A DNA stretch of 64,000 nucleotides from Patescibacteria group bacterium (lineage in GTDB: Bacteria > Patescibacteriota > Minisyncoccia > Phycocordibacterales > CAIZLB01), in NCBI GenBank assembly GCA_040386515.1, contig JAZKFG010000005.1:9313-73312 (forward strand), read 5' to 3'. The notes under the pieces were generated by a model, which saw nothing but the letters and a program-made list of their open reading frames with translations, did not search any database and was not told where the DNA came from. The position numbers were made by a program, and so were the translations under genes. Of this stretch, positions 10,266 through 19,004 are shown piece by piece; position 1 is the first letter of the stretch, and each line of letters opens with the position of its first letter.

Positions 10266-11159
10266 CTACAACTCAATCTTGCCTTGTACAGTATGCAATT
10301 CAACATTTTTAATAGTTGGATATTGTGTAAGCGTATCCTTAAGTACAGCAAACAAATGCTGAGTCTGACAGCTACTTAATGAGCTAAGAGGTTTTCCTGC
10401 TCGAGTCATATTGCTTGTAAGCATTACCTTTGCAACACCTTTTTCAATAGTTACTGATTTATAAACTCCATATTCTGCCAATTCATTACCAAAAAGTATT
10501 TTCAATGACGCATCGGCAACCGATGTTGTTTTAGGCACCTGATATGTAACTGGATATGTTGCTGCACATGTCTCAGTTTCTGCAACTTTTTTATCTTGTA
10601 GATATACAGTCAATGACATTTCATTTGCAGGAGGAAGAGTAACAGTGAAATCTACTTTATTACTTTCCTTTCCCCAAGGTGATGTATATATTTTATATTT
10701 TCCAGGAGTGATACTCACATAGTTTTTGCATGGCTGGCCAGAATATGAATTATTCTCCTTACAAATATTTGCATCAATTTTTACACGTATAGTATTATCT
10801 TTTCTTGGCACATATCCAATACCTGCAAGAAATGCAACTTCCCCTTTACTGTTTTCAATGAGTGCATCCATATCACCTTCTAGGCCCGCGAAATTAACAC
10901 CCTTCAATTCAATAATTGTTCCAACTGGACCTGATGATTGCGAAATAGATGAAATAAATGGCGCATTATGATCAGTTGGAGTTTTTACTGTATTTTGTGT
11001 AGGAATAACAGGAGTTGGATTATTTGTATTCGTATCTGTTGTTGCAACAGCCGGCGCATCTTCCTTTTTATCAGTATATAAATATATACAGCCAGCAATT
11101 GCCAGTGCAGCTACAATAGCAAGAAGAGGGATAATATAGCCTTTTTGTGTATTTCTCAT
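10266..11159 (-). CDS. Surface protein with pilin-like leader, Ig/IPT-like and GerMN-like domains
   Basis: QKG/YIIPLL leader; ISSISQSSGPVGTIIELKG; C-terminal SSCQ...TLTQYPTIKNV. Confidence 0.7.
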   Translation of the reverse strand: MRNTQKGYIIPLLAIVAALAIAGCIYLYTDKKEDAPAVATTDTNTNNPTPVIPTQNTVKTPTDHNAPFISSISQSSGPVGTIIELKGVNFAGLEGDMDALIENSKGEVAFLAGIGYVPRKDNTIRVKIDANICKENNSYSGQPCKNYVSITPGKYKIYTSPWGKESNKVDFTVTLPPANEMSLTVYLQDKKVAETETCAATYPVTYQVPKTTSVADASLKILFGNELAEYGVYKSVTIEKGVAKVMLTSNMTRAGKPLSSLSSCQTQHLFAVLKDTLTQYPTIKNVELHTVQGKIEL

Positions 11160-11198
11160 AATATATTATTATATCTTATATTCTCACCTCATGTGTGC

Positions 11199-12851
11199 CT
11201 AGTTATTCCCACTCAACTCATACCCAAGAGCATTCAATGCCTGATGCGATCTATCAAACACATCCCCACTCTCAACAATCCGTGTAAAGTCATGACTATG
11301 CTTCAACTGCTTTGCAATAAGCGGGCTGATACCAGTAATAATTGCTCGTCCACCTTTCTTTGAAATAGCTGCCAAAATATCATCGAGTGCTTCAATACCA
11401 TCTACATCAACATATACAAGCTCTCGAAGTCGCAGCACTATGATATTGCATCCGAATAACGTTTTCTCAATTCGATGTACATGCACATGCGCATTGGCAT
11501 ATGTAAGGTGACCTTTAATTGAGTACACGCACACATGAGCGTCTGGTGCGATTTCAAGCTTATGATCTGCTTCCCCTCCAATGATACGGTTAATTATTTT
11601 TTTATCTTTATTTACTACAAGTTCGAACTGTCCTTTTGACATTCGCTCAATAAGAATAATAAGCGAAATAGTTGTACCAACAAGAATACCAATCATGGCA
11701 TCTTCGTATACTGATATGGCCGCCACAATAATTGCCACCGCAAAGGCAGTTTTGTCACATGCGTAGAGTCTTTTAAAATGCTTAACCTCAACCATTCGAA
11801 TAGCTGCGAAAATAAGAATAGCTGCAATACCGGCCATTGGCATATAGTTAAATGCAGACAAAAGAACAATTGAAATAATGGCAACCATTAACGCGTTCAT
11901 TCCTTGTGACATTTTACTTGTTGCGCCTGATCGAACGTTAAGGGATGTTCGTACGAATACTCCAGTTGCAGGAAGTCCTCCAAAAAATCCAGAACCAATG
12001 TTAGCGAGACCGAGGCCAAGAATTTCTTTTCTCTGATCATGTTTTGTCTTTGTCATTCTATCGGCAATTTTTGCAGAAAGAATAGTTTCAAGAATTGCAA
12101 CGAGCGCTACAGTTGCAGCTGGAAGCACATATGAGTTTGCAAATACAAGATCAGGAATTGAGAAAATAGAGAGCTTTAGATTTGGAAACACTTCGCCAAG
12201 CGTAATCAGGTCAAATGGCAATGATCCCTTTTGTGCAAAATATCCTACTGCAATTGCAATAGGTGCAAGCAATACTGCTCCTGGAAGTTTTGGAAAAAAC
12301 TTGAGCATTGCAAACAAGAACGCAAGTGAGAAAATAAAAAACCCAGTGATAGCTGGACTTGCGAGTTGAATATGTGAAAATGTTTCTAGAACATTTGAAA
12401 GGAATCCTGCATGTTTAGTAAGATTTGTTAATCCGAATGCAAAGTTCAATTGGTTAAATCCAATTACAATTGCAACAGATAATGTAAATCCATGAATTAC
12501 ACTTGATGGAATATAGGTAATATATTTATCCAATCGAAGTGCCCATGCAATGATAATAATAATTCCGGCAATGATGGCAATACTTGAAAGTGCTGCAGGA
12601 CCAAACTGAAGCGCTGCCGCTGCAAGAATTGCAGTAAGAGCTCCGGCAGGACCAACGATGTTAAATTTACTTGCTGAAAATAGTGCTGCAATAAGTCCTC
12701 CCCACACTGCTGTAATAATTCCGTTCAATGGAGATGCACCCGAGGCGATGGCAATAGAGATAGAAAGCGGGATTGAAACTAGGGCTACGGTTAGGGCTGA
12801 TTTCCAGTTTTGCTTAAGTTGAGTAAAGAAATTCGTTTTGAATGTCTGCAT
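11199..12851 (-). CDS. SulP/SLC26 anion transporter with STAS domain
   Basis: LTVALVSIPLSISIAIASG, GPAGAL, GGLPATG, C-terminal DVDG STAS. Confidence 0.93.
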   Translation of the reverse strand: MQTFKTNFFTQLKQNWKSALTVALVSIPLSISIAIASGASPLNGIITAVWGGLIAALFSASKFNIVGPAGALTAILAAAALQFGPAALSSIAIIAGIIIIIAWALRLDKYITYIPSSVIHGFTLSVAIVIGFNQLNFAFGLTNLTKHAGFLSNVLETFSHIQLASPAITGFFIFSLAFLFAMLKFFPKLPGAVLLAPIAIAVGYFAQKGSLPFDLITLGEVFPNLKLSIFSIPDLVFANSYVLPAATVALVAILETILSAKIADRMTKTKHDQRKEILGLGLANIGSGFFGGLPATGVFVRTSLNVRSGATSKMSQGMNALMVAIISIVLLSAFNYMPMAGIAAILIFAAIRMVEVKHFKRLYACDKTAFAVAIIVAAISVYEDAMIGILVGTTISLIILIERMSKGQFELVVNKDKKIINRIIGGEADHKLEIAPDAHVCVYSIKGHLTYANAHVHVHRIEKTLFGCNIIVLRLRELVYVDVDGIEALDDILAAISKKGGRAIITGISPLIAKQLKHSHDFTRIVESGDVFDRSHQALNALGYELSGNN

Positions 12852-13014
12852 ATATGTTTGTTAATGAAATTATAATTAAGAAGATTTTATTGTATTCCTA
12901 TTGACGCTAAAAATCAACTGTGGTTAAATGGATGGTGGGAGTTTGGAGAGGTTCCAGACTAGCACCTTGACGGTCCCCAAGAAGAAAACACCACCACCTA
13001 CCACGTTGAACAAT

Positions 13015-13545
13015 ATGCCAAACACTTGGAAAGCACTCATTGTTTCACTTCCGCAACTGCTCGTTTCAACCATAATCAACCAGGCCGAAAAATATCCTGA
13101 GCACTGGGATAAGATAGAGTATTTGGATCCCACTCGGAAAAATGATATTAAGCCCAACCTCCACGAGAAGTTTTACCCTGGAGTCAAATGGGTACGCGAC
13201 ACCCTACTCACGCTAACCACCCGCCGAAGATTAATCGGAATGGAGGCAGGAGCCACGCCTGAAGAAGCCTTTGCTCAAATCTTGGAACACGAACACGGCA
13301 AGATTAAGGAGAAATTCAGAATTTTACGCTGCGATTATCCAGGACACTGTTTCCTTGTCCTCACAAATGAAGACGGCTCACTCAAAAAAGTGCCGCTCGA
13401 AGTTGGCATGGAACACATTGCCTATCCTGGCGATGTCCACGGAATAATTTGCGAGAAAGGCATTTTGGTTTTTGAAATCATCGTGGAGAATTTCGATACC
13501 AATGACATCAAGGGTTATACCCCTCCAATGGCCCGCGCTGCCTGA
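13015..13545 (+). CDS. Cupin-fold protein (start probably ATG 13015, not 12928)
   Basis: Cupin motif 1 HEHGKIKEKFRIL and motif 2 GMEHIAYPGDVHGI. Confidence 0.6.
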   Translation: MPNTWKALIVSLPQLLVSTIINQAEKYPEHWDKIEYLDPTRKNDIKPNLHEKFYPGVKWVRDTLLTLTTRRRLIGMEAGATPEEAFAQILEHEHGKIKEKFRILRCDYPGHCFLVLTNEDGSLKKVPLEVGMEHIAYPGDVHGIICEKGILVFEIIVENFDTNDIKGYTPPMARAA

Positions 13546-13580
13546 TTTTTACAATCTGATTTAAAATCCGATTCACTCAC

Positions 13581-13629
13581 ATCGCCCACCCAGCTGTTAC
13601 AAACAAGCTGCGTGGGCGATTTTTTATTT
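13581..13629 (+). terminator. Intrinsic terminator
   Basis: ATCGCCCAC/GTGGGCGAT plus CAGCT/AGCTG stems followed by a T tract. Confidence 0.8.
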
Positions 13630-13630
13630 A

Positions 13631-14509
13631 CTATTTTAACTTCCCTCGTAAAAGATTTCTATATCTAAACTCTTTTGCAACAAGACCAGTGTACGCAAAT
13701 CTTCCTTCAAAATCTGTTCCGGTGTAATCCATCAAACTTGGATTGACTTCATCTAATGATGAACTTATAGTCTTTTCTAGTTCTTCTCGCAAGTCTGCCA
13801 ATACTTCAACAACTCGTGCCGGTAAATTCTTAGAACGCATTTTTAAAAATAGTTTGATATCTAATATTGTTTCTCGGATTTCATCAATAATTGTTTCTTC
13901 ATGTAATTTGATTTGTTGTGTATCAGATTTTTCATATGAATTCATGTCAACATTTTCATCAATTTGAATTCCATCTTCGCCTGTAGAGATACGTTTCCAA
14001 ACACCACCTTGTTTAGTAATATTCTTCCCTGTACTTCCAGGTGCATGTCCAATAAAATAATTCTTAAATTTTATATCAACCACTTCATTGTGAGTTATTT
14101 TATTCACCTTATCCATAATTGAAGAAATCTCTTTTTTATATTCATCTTCAATCTGCCATTCATTACTCTCTCCTTCAATTAATCCAAGGGCGCCTTCAAA
14201 TAAATTTTCTAGAGATGTATCTGCCAATCTATATGTATTAGACAAATTCAATATTGCATACGGATCATTAAGTATTTGTTTTATTCTAGCCTTTAACTCA
14301 GAAGAAACATCACTATCATTAATCATCTCTAACAATCCAGAATCAATAAAAGTTTCATCCAATATTTCCTGAGCTTTTTTAGTACTCATATCTCCAGTCA
14401 TCATTTTGTCATATATGACCATACAGGTTTGACGAGCATTCTCCATATTTCCTAAAAACTGTCTCTTTGATTCCTGATTTTCTATTTGGTATGCGGTTGG
14501 GTTTTCCAT
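13631..14509 (-). CDS. Hypothetical acidic helical protein
   Basis: 292-aa ORF with its own TGC-TATAAT box 7 nt upstream; no recognisable motif. Confidence 0.7.
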   Translation of the reverse strand: MENPTAYQIENQESKRQFLGNMENARQTCMVIYDKMMTGDMSTKKAQEILDETFIDSGLLEMINDSDVSSELKARIKQILNDPYAILNLSNTYRLADTSLENLFEGALGLIEGESNEWQIEDEYKKEISSIMDKVNKITHNEVVDIKFKNYFIGHAPGSTGKNITKQGGVWKRISTGEDGIQIDENVDMNSYEKSDTQQIKLHEETIIDEIRETILDIKLFLKMRSKNLPARVVEVLADLREELEKTISSSLDEVNPSLMDYTGTDFEGRFAYTGLVAKEFRYRNLLRGKLK

Positions 14510-14548
14510 AGGGCTTATTATAGCATTTTACATTATGCACATGTCTCT

Positions 14549-14577
14549 TTGACATAAATCATATATTATGATATTTT
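14549..14577 (+). promoter_or_regulatory. Sigma70-type promoter
   Basis: TTGACA-17 nt-TATTTT with TG extension. Confidence 0.65.
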
Positions 14578-14583
14578 ATTGAA

Positions 14584-14762
14584 ATGCATAGTAATTATTG
14601 CAAAAGAAATATAAACGTCCAGGCCACAGTAATGGGGTCGATTTTTGATGTGTATTCATCAAATTCGTTTGTATTTAGCTGCGATAATTTTATCTATTAA
14701 TTCTCTTTAATTTTTACTAGAAAAATCTCAGCTAAACGGAAGCTGAGATTTTTTCGTTTAGC
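14584..14762 (+). promoter_or_regulatory. Candidate attenuator: 38-aa leader ORF, antiterminator and terminator
   Basis: uORF 14584-14700; hairpin AAAAATCTCAGCT/AGCTGAGATTTTT at 14721-14753; competing TTTAGCTG at 14674-14681. Confidence 0.6.
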
Positions 14763-14794
14763 ATTACCAACAATAAAATAAAAAACATACATAT

Positions 14795-15367
14795 ATGGAC
14801 GAAACACCAACACATGTAGTATTCCTCAAGGGCAAGAAAACAACTCTTCGCCCCTTGGAGAAAAAAGATATTCCCTTGCTCACCAAGTGGATCAATGATC
14901 CTGAAGTGACGAAATATCTTTGCGCATATTTGCCCATGTCTATCAAAGACGAGGAGGATTGGTTTGAAAACCTTAGCAAAAGGAAACAAATTGATATAGT
15001 ACTCGGCATTGAAGTAGACGGTAAACTAATAGGAACAATGGGAGTTCATGGAATATCGTGGAAGGATAGAGCAGCAACGACTGGTGCAATGATTGGAGAG
15101 AAAGAATATTGGGGACAAGGATATGGAACTGACGCTAAAATGCAGCTCCTCAACTATGCTTTCAACACTCTTAATCTGCATAGAATCGCTTCCTCAGTAA
15201 TTGAGTTTAACAAACGCAGCCTTAACTACAGTCTGCATTGTGGATACAAGAAGGAAGGTGTAAGAAAAAAGCGTTTCTTTATTAACGGCAAATACCATGA
15301 TGAAATAATCTTGGCCGTCTTTAAAAAAGACTGGCTGCCGTACTGGAGAAAGTATCAAAAGAAATAA
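14795..15367 (+). CDS. GNAT N-acetyltransferase (RimJ/RimL/SpeG-like)
   Basis: LRPLE, YWGQGYGT, AFNTLNLHRI, N.RS...GYKKEG. Confidence 0.92.
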   Translation: MDETPTHVVFLKGKKTTLRPLEKKDIPLLTKWINDPEVTKYLCAYLPMSIKDEEDWFENLSKRKQIDIVLGIEVDGKLIGTMGVHGISWKDRAATTGAMIGEKEYWGQGYGTDAKMQLLNYAFNTLNLHRIASSVIEFNKRSLNYSLHCGYKKEGVRKKRFFINGKYHDEIILAVFKKDWLPYWRKYQKK

Positions 15368-15391
15368 TAATTAAATAGGTCGTTAAATTTC

Positions 15392-15416
15392 AAAGAGTCT
15401 GACCAGCTCTTTTTTT
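15392..15416 (+). terminator. Probable intrinsic terminator
   Basis: AAAGAG/CTCTTT stem plus T tract after the GNAT stop. Confidence 0.5.
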
Positions 15417-15433
15417 AATGGTACAATTTAATC

Positions 15434-16150
15434 ATGTTAAAAAACACTCATAAAGGATTTATGGCCATTGTAGTAGTTGTAGTAATTGCACTCATTGCAA
15501 TTACTGGTGCATATTATGCAGGCACATTGCATGCCAATAACGATGTTGAAGTAATTCAAGCAACAACAACAGATTCTCTACCTGTTGCATCAAATAAAAA
15601 ATCATACACATCAAATATTTTCGGCATTCAATTTGAATATCCGAAAGAATGGTATGCACATGAAAAATTAAGATTCGGAAGTGATATTTCTTTTTTGAGC
15701 ACTTCAACAAGACCAGACGAGCTCAATGCAAGCTGTGAGTGTGATGGTGATTTATATTATTCTCTCGCACGAATCAATGTAATGGATTCTTATGCAACAA
15801 AAGAAGAAGCTCTAAAAGAGACTACGAGCTTGCTTATGTATAGAGGCGTTACTGAACAAATGATTAACGACGAAAATATACAAAAACCAGAAACCTATCC
15901 TCGAGCACTCGAACTTGCAAAACAAGCTGGTGTAAAAATAGGTAAAACATTTTTTATAAATAAAAACGGTCTACGCGTTGTAAGACAATATGGATTTGGA
16001 GAACTGAATGGAGAAAGAATAGTGGAAGTGTACTTTGTGTATGTAGGAGATAAAATCTATCGTATTTCTGGAAAAAATAATGATGTATTTAATCCAGCTG
16101 AGGATGCTGTGCTTAGGGATATTGCAGAGTCTTTTAATGTTGTGAAATAG
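15434..16150 (+). CDS. Surface protein with pilin-like leader, PsbP-like fold
   Basis: HKG/FMAIVVVV leader; Y...FGIQFEYPKEW; C-terminal IAESF. Confidence 0.65.
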   Translation: MLKNTHKGFMAIVVVVVIALIAITGAYYAGTLHANNDVEVIQATTTDSLPVASNKKSYTSNIFGIQFEYPKEWYAHEKLRFGSDISFLSTSTRPDELNASCECDGDLYYSLARINVMDSYATKEEALKETTSLLMYRGVTEQMINDENIQKPETYPRALELAKQAGVKIGKTFFINKNGLRVVRQYGFGELNGERIVEVYFVYVGDKIYRISGKNNDVFNPAEDAVLRDIAESFNVVK

Positions 16151-16152
16151 AT

Positions 16153-16389
16153 TTACTTAATATCAGACAAATAACACAAAGGCGATGCTCCGCCTGGTTT
16201 TGACCATGCACTTGTCTTTCCACAAGTACGACCATTTTTCATAGTGTTGTATGGACACGGACAATTTCCTTTATAGTTTTGAATTGATTTACGAATCATT
16301 TCATTCTTCTTTGCAACGGATGTTGCAGCGAAAGATGTTTGAGGAAGAATGAGTAGTGTTAGTATGGTTATTGTTGAGAGTGTTTTCAT
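16153..16389 (-). CDS. Small secreted Cys-rich protein
   Basis: Signal peptide; GNCPCPY...CG..SAWSKPGG.SPLCY. Confidence 0.75.
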   Translation of the reverse strand: MKTLSTITILTLLILPQTSFAATSVAKKNEMIRKSIQNYKGNCPCPYNTMKNGRTCGKTSAWSKPGGASPLCYLSDIK

Positions 16390-16393
16390 ATGT

Positions 16394-17197
16394 TTATATT
16401 TTATTACACACTAAAACAGCGGCGGCATTTTTACCATCGTAAATAACAATTGTTGCTCTATCCCCTATGTTTAAATCTTCTATTGTCGCAGGACCGTCTG
16501 AGTTTTTAATTTCAGTCTCATCAGTAATATTCATTTTTTGACCAACTCCGTTCGCCCCTTTAATAGTGATTGCACCACTTCCTATTTCAACTATTTCTCC
16601 TGTACCGTTAGTTTCACCGCAAGGATTACTTCCTTGAAGAGTTTGAACACTACTCACCGGCGGTATATCCAAGAAAAATGTATAGAACGCATACGATGCA
16701 GCAGTGATAGCCAGGAGTATTGCAATAAGTATAGTTTTATATTTCTTTTCACGAATCCGTTTTGCAAGAATTAAAAATATTCCGTATCCAATGAGTACAC
16801 CAATTGCATTCAGTATCACATCATCAATATCAAAAATTCCTACCTTTAATACCACTTGTAGAGTTTCAATAATAAGCCCTGAGAGTATTGAAAGAATAAC
16901 AGACTTTTTCCATGTCATATTTCTATGTACCAGAGGCACGAGAAATCCTATTGGTAGTAGTAACCCAATATTTCCTATGAGATTAATTCCTGCGATAAGC
17001 CATCCTTTATAGCCGAATAAATACGGGAGAATAGTTTTGAATGGAATGAAGTTTGCTTCGTGACCTGCATTTGCTCCGCCGAAGTTGAGCATGAGTTGCC
17101 CTACTCTGATCATAGGTATGTCTTTAAATACCATTACTTTAATTAGTATGGCAATGTAGGCAATGAGGAGTATTAGTGGGATGAGACGTTTTTTCAT
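16394..17197 (-). CDS. VanZ-family membrane protein with C-terminal OB-like extracellular domain
   Basis: NFIPF, GNIGLLLPIG, IETLQ, FDIDDVILN. Confidence 0.85.
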   Translation of the reverse strand: MKKRLIPLILLIAYIAILIKVMVFKDIPMIRVGQLMLNFGGANAGHEANFIPFKTILPYLFGYKGWLIAGINLIGNIGLLLPIGFLVPLVHRNMTWKKSVILSILSGLIIETLQVVLKVGIFDIDDVILNAIGVLIGYGIFLILAKRIREKKYKTILIAILLAITAASYAFYTFFLDIPPVSSVQTLQGSNPCGETNGTGEIVEIGSGAITIKGANGVGQKMNITDETEIKNSDGPATIEDLNIGDRATIVIYDGKNAAAVLVCNKI

Positions 17198-17235
17198 AGC
17201 TTAATGGTATCAGTAAGCAATGGTTAAGTTAAGTA

Positions 17236-17655
17236 TTATGTAACTTTTTGCTTTTTAACATACTCCCTACAAAAACCATAAAAAATTAAAAATGTTAGCA
17301 CCACGAATATCAAACCAAATATTGGAAATATAAATATATACTCACTTACAAAAATAACTTTATTAACATTATCAGGATCATACACAATTGGAAATATTTC
17401 CCCCACTTTGTATACATCATGGTTTCTACTTGTATATATAATTCTGTTAGTATATTCCTGCCCCTTATTATCTTTAAATGAATAGTCAAGATTCATTCCT
17501 CTTGTACCTGAAAAATATTCTACACCGATAACAACCGCATCTGTCTTACTACCTGTAAAATACAATATCAATCCTTTTACTGAGAAAGTAGCTCCGGTTA
17601 ACGTAAATATTAAAAGAAGAAATGAAAGTATTATATTTTAAAGCTTTTTTTTCAT
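17236..17655 (-). pseudogene. DUF3592-like membrane protein interrupted by in-frame TAA at codon 6
   Basis: ATG 17655 reads MKKKL*NIILSFLLLIFTLTG..., in frame with ORF 17236-17571; VGE..PIVYDPDN motif. Confidence 0.6.
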
Positions 17656-17668
17656 GTATGTTTTTTAA

Positions 17669-18175
17669 TTATTTATTTACTTCTAAATCCATCTGAGCTT
17701 TAATGTCCAAAGCCCTTTCCATAATATGATCACCCACAGGACCCCAATCAAAATATTGTTTATAATCTTTAGGATCAATGAGTTTAATTTCTGTAATTTC
17801 TCCATCATCAGGATCTTCCATAAAATCACCATATGGTTCAACAAGACATACTGATCTTGTTTGAGTTGTAGGAACTTCAAATTCATAAATATCTTGAAAT
17901 CCTATAAATCTTTGTTTGATTACTCTCATATTAGATTCTTCTTGCACTTCTCGTACAACCGTTTCTCTAGCAGTCTCACCCTCTTCAGTTCCGCCACCTG
18001 GCGGTGTCCAACTATCTTTTTTCTTTGCGTATACGATGACAAGTTGATCTTTGTAAAAACAGAATGCGTGAACACCTTTAACTTTTCTGTCTCCGAGTTC
18101 TGATTCACTTTCAATATCGTTGTAGATAACTTCAAATGATTTATCAGGAGTATTGATTATAGATTTAATTTGCAT
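17669..18175 (-). CDS. NUDIX hydrolase
   Basis: Nudix box GGTEEGETARETVVREVQEESN. Confidence 0.9.
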   Translation of the reverse strand: MQIKSIINTPDKSFEVIYNDIESESELGDRKVKGVHAFCFYKDQLVIVYAKKKDSWTPPGGGTEEGETARETVVREVQEESNMRVIKQRFIGFQDIYEFEVPTTQTRSVCLVEPYGDFMEDPDDGEITEIKLIDPKDYKQYFDWGPVGDHIMERALDIKAQMDLEVNK

Positions 18176-18179
18176 TGTG

Positions 18180-18251
18180 CGGGCCCACTCAGAGTCGAAC
18201 TGAGAATTGCGCGTTTGGAGTGCGATGTTTTACCATTGAAACTATGGACCC
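18180..18251 (-). tRNA. tRNA-Trp (CCA), CCA end not encoded
   Basis: GGGTCCA/TGGGCCC acceptor stem, anticodon loop CTCCAAA, T arm CTCAG-TTCGACT-CTGAG. Confidence 0.92.
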
Positions 18252-18312
18252 ATATATACAACAAAAGCTGTACTCACCCAGTGTAGCACAGCTCTCGTTA
18301 TTTATAAATGGA

Positions 18313-18630
18313 TTAAAACTTAACTGCCGTTCCTGAAACATTGATCATGAGCATACTCCCTCGTGCTCCAATAACCTCAAAATCGAAGTCAATCCCCACA
18401 ACAGCGTCAGCCCCTCGTGCAGCTGCATTCTGTTCTAGTTCCTGAAGAGCAAGTTCTCGAGCTTTTTTAATCTCTACTTCATATGTATTTGATCGTCCTC
18501 CAAAGAAATCTGTAAATCCTCCGAAAATATCTTTCACAAAGTTAATACCCAATACATTCTCAGCAGTGATTACACCTATATATTCTCTAATTTCCTTCCC
18601 TTGAATTGTTGGTGTAGTTGTGAGTATCAT
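18313..18630 (-). CDS. YbjQ/UPF0145 family protein
   Basis: MILTTTPTIQG...GGRS..YE...GADAVVGI...SGTAV. Confidence 0.92.
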   Translation of the reverse strand: MILTTTPTIQGKEIREYIGVITAENVLGINFVKDIFGGFTDFFGGRSNTYEVEIKKARELALQELEQNAAARGADAVVGIDFDFEVIGARGSMLMINVSGTAVKF

Positions 18631-18635
18631 ATAGA

Positions 18636-18800
18636 TTATTTCTTTGATTCTTCAAACATTTCTCGCTTTCGAGTAACTTTACTATACTTTTTCATCTTAA
18701 GCTTTGGCATAGTTGAACTACCAGCCTTACCTGACTTGTGCATGTAAATTGTTTCTCCAGTTTTTTTGTTTTTTAGTTTTACGATTTTTTTCTGTGGCAT
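18636..18800 (-). CDS. rpmG: 50S ribosomal protein L33 (non-zinc type; start ATG 18800)
   Basis: KL...TG...KLKMKKYSKVTRKREMFEE; the longer track ORF overlaps tRNA-Tyr. Confidence 0.8.
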   Translation of the reverse strand: MPQKKIVKLKNKKTGETIYMHKSGKAGSSTMPKLKMKKYSKVTRKREMFEESKK

Positions 18801-18820
18801 ATGTTTAATATTTTTATTTT

Positions 18821-18906
18821 TGGTGCGCAGAGTAGGATTTGAACCTACGTAGCCCGAAGGCGTCTGATTTACAGTCAGATGCGATTGACCACTCCGCCAT
18901 CTGCGC
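18821..18906 (-). tRNA. tRNA-Tyr (GTA) with encoded CCA
   Basis: GCGCAGA/TCTGCGC, TCTGA-CTGTAAA-TCAGA, long variable arm, GTAGG-TTCAAAT-CCTAC. Confidence 0.96.
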
Positions 18907-18972
18907 ATGTTTACTGTACCTATCAAATATACACTATTTTAAGGAAAAAACAATGCCCTATATACATATATG

Positions 18973-19000
18973 AAAAACCCTGCCGTAAAGCAGGTTTTTT
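18973..19000 (-). terminator. clpB terminator
   Basis: CCTGC/GCAGG stem with T tract right after the stop codon. Confidence 0.75.
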
Positions 19001-19004
19001 CTAT

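Noticed and set aside
18801-18926. N-terminal extension of L33 in the ORF track
   Set aside because: It is translated tRNA-Tyr sequence.
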